Assembly: GCA_910584145.1 (NCBI GenBank)
Contig: CAJTXX010000004.1
Span: 10,801-74,800, forward strand
Direction: 5' to 3'
Length of the DNA stretch: 64,000 nucleotides
DNA from: an uncultured Eggerthellaceae bacterium
GTDB lineage: Bacteria; Actinomycetota; Coriobacteriia; Coriobacteriales; Eggerthellaceae
A program made the translations under genes and the position numbers. Shown here piece after piece: positions 62,412 through 64,000 of the stretch. The notes below the pieces were generated by a model. It searched no databases, was not told the origin of the DNA, and saw only the letters and a program-made list of their open reading frames with translations. The stretch's first letter is position 1. Each line of letters opens with the position of its first letter.

Positions 62412-62658
62412 CGCGCAGACATGCGAGAGTGGAGGGCGGCGGTTTTCATCAGGGGCTTCTACGCCTATGCGTCACAGCTGGCGATGAGGATTCAGAATGT
62501 TTCAACCATATCCGAAAGTGCCGTAGCCATAGATGAGTGCTTCAAGTATGTCTGAAGGTTTTTGATGTGCGCAATTGCGGTATGCCAACGAGCTCTGGCG
62601 TGCAAGCGCGGTTGTTGGAGGACTGGCTGCTCGAGTAGGCTCGTGGGCGCCAGGGCGC

Positions 62659-63465
62659 TCAGTGCCCGTAGTCGAGCTTTCGCTCGAAGTGGCGGCTTAT
62701 GAACATGATGGGCAAGGTCAGGCAGAGGTAGAGGGCGCCGAGCAGCAGGAAGCAGCCGAAGAAGTTGTAGTTCGTGGCGCTTATCTCGCGCATGGTCTGC
62801 GTCAGCTCTATGACCGCGATGACCGACAGCAGCGATGAATCCTTGATGATGCTGGCGAACTGCCCGGTGAGCGCCGGCAGCGTGCGCGTGACCATCTGCG
62901 GCAGGGCCACCGATACCGCCACCTGAATCGGCGTGAGGCCGAGCGCCCGTGCGGCCTCCAGCGGCCCGCTCGGCAGCGACTCATAGCCGGCGCGCACGAT
63001 CTCGGCGATGTAGGCGCCGGCGAACACCGACAAGATGATGATGCCCGCCACCACGCGGTTGCTGACGCCCCATGCCGTGCCGATGATGTAGTAGAACAGG
63101 TAGATCTGCGCGATCAGCGGCGTGCCGCGTATCAGCTTCACATACAGGTCGCACAGGTAGCGCACCGGCAGGAAGCGCGCGTTCTGCCCGAGAGCCACCG
63201 GGATGCCGATGACGAGGCTGCCCACCAGGCTCGCGGCCGACAGCCATACCGTCAGCCAGAAGCCCTCGGCGATGCGCACCTCGTACTGCGCGACGAAGTC
63301 GAAGTTGAGCGTGATGCCCGCCGCGGCCAGCGACGCGCCCACAACGCCCACGACCACCACGCACACGATCAGGTAGTTCACCGCCTTCTTCAGCGGCGGC
63401 ACCTCCGCGTGCGCCGCCGCCATGAACAGGTTGCCGCCTGCCGCTCTGCCTGCGCGCTCTGCCAT
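62659..63465 (-). CDS. Amino-acid ABC transporter permease (His/Glu/Gln/Arg/opine family)
   Basis: The EAA-loop region is LPSGPLEAARALGLTPIQVAVSVALPQM, in a polar amino-acid permease layout. Confidence 0.85.
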   Translation of the reverse strand: MAERAGRAAGGNLFMAAAHAEVPPLKKAVNYLIVCVVVVGVVGASLAAAGITLNFDFVAQYEVRIAEGFWLTVWLSAASLVGSLVIGIPVALGQNARFLPVRYLCDLYVKLIRGTPLIAQIYLFYYIIGTAWGVSNRVVAGIIILSVFAGAYIAEIVRAGYESLPSGPLEAARALGLTPIQVAVSVALPQMVTRTLPALTGQFASIIKDSSLLSVIAVIELTQTMREISATNYNFFGCFLLLGALYLCLTLPIMFISRHFERKLDYGH

Positions 63466-63480
63466 CCGCTCACCCGTGCT

Positions 63481-64000
63481 CTACTCGAAGTCGAAGAACC
63501 ACTTGAACCCGCGCTCGTCGAAGGCCCGCTTCTCGTCGGCCAGGTGCGCTTCGGTCAGGCGGTCGAACTCGCCATCGGCCTTCGACTGGGCGATGAACTC
63601 ATTCAGCTGGGCGAGCAGCTCCGCGTCTCCCTTCGCAACGGCGATGCCCCACGCTTCCGGGTCTTGGAAGGGGATGAACACCGCTCGGGTGGTGTCGGGG
63701 TTCGCCAGGTTATTGCGGTAGATGGTCAGCTGGTCGTACAGGAAGCCGTCGGCCTTGCCCTGCACCACCTCGGTCACGCAGGCGCTCTCGTCGGCCAGCC
63801 GCACGATCTCGGCCTCGGTCAGGTTCTTCGTGGCGTATACATCGCCGGTGGAGCCGGTCTTCACGGCCACCTTCTTGCCGGGTTGGTTCAGGTCGGCCGC
63901 CTCCTCGATGCCGGAGCCGGCATTCGCCAGTATGGCCAGTTGCGCCATCGCGTATGGGTCGGAGAAATCGACCGCCTGCTCGCGCTCGTCGGTGATGGTC
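63481..64000 (-). CDS. Amino-acid ABC transporter substrate-binding protein, C-terminal part (5' end outside window)
   Basis: The frame is open to the window edge. My own translation of 63949-63999 gives TITDEREQAVDFSDPYA, continuing MAQLAILANAGSG... This is the family-3 SBP motif. Confidence 0.8.
   Translation of the reverse strand, partial: TITDEREQAVDFSDPYAMAQLAILANAGSGIEEAADLNQPGKKVAVKTGSTGDVYATKNLTEAEIVRLADESACVTEVVQGKADGFLYDQLTIYRNNLANPDTTRAVFIPFQDPEAWGIAVAKGDAELLAQLNEFIAQSKADGEFDRLTEAHLADEKRAFDERGFKWFFDFE

Larger units (their letters stand above)
59600..62570. other. Low-GC island of about 3 kb (four same-strand genes), no integrase or att repeats seen
   Basis: Hand counts give 40% (60181-60240) and 42% (61021-61080) G+C. 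The flanks give 70% (58081-58140) and 62% (62581-62640). Confidence 0.6.

Noticed and set aside
62421-62555. A 44-codon ORF (MREWRAAVFIRGFYAYASQLAMRIQNVSTISESAVAIDECFKYV) lies in the tail of the low-GC island. Its frame is open upstream into the SecB-like gene end.
   Set aside because: It has no RBS and no recognisable family, and it is short. It could be a remnant of a fifth island gene, but I cannot support this.

Overview
A 64-kb, high-GC chromosomal segment. Hand counts give about 65-70% G+C for core lines. Gene content suggests a Gram-positive Actinomycetota/Coriobacteriia-like organism, but that is an inference. Most of the window is densely packed housekeeping genes. These include dapL and queD, and a conserved cluster pyrH-frr-uppS-cdsA-dxr / rseP-ispG-proS. 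They also include a formate/one-carbon block (fhs-ykgJ-fchA-folD-FNT transporter), tsaE plus a TsaB-RimI-TsaD fusion, and eno. Further on are moeA-mog-alr-udg-folC, hpf, nhaA, a copA-type ATPase and tRNA-Glu(UUC). Five things stand out. (1) A family of 90-112-nt palindromic elements has a conserved core of about 40 nt and copy-specific arms. Two copies sit in-frame inside essential-type genes (Elp3 and TsaB) and one is intergenic. (2) A divergent Elp3 / Trm9-like methyltransferase pair sits next to queD and an orphan radical SAM gene, which resembles a eukaryote/archaea-style wobble-uridine pathway. (3) A thioester/ester-bond adhesin, a small Cys-rich protein and a class B sortase are inserted between dxr and rseP. 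(4) An SF2 helicase carries an internal two-helix membrane hairpin. (5) A low-GC (about 40-50%) island of roughly 3 kb at 59.6-62.6 kb encodes a two-TM protein with a possible Kir-like cytoplasmic domain, followed by an MqsR-MqsA-SecB-like toxin-antitoxin-chaperone module. I saw no CRISPR array, rRNA, integrase or transposase. The many long antisense ORFs in the track are treated as high-GC artefacts.
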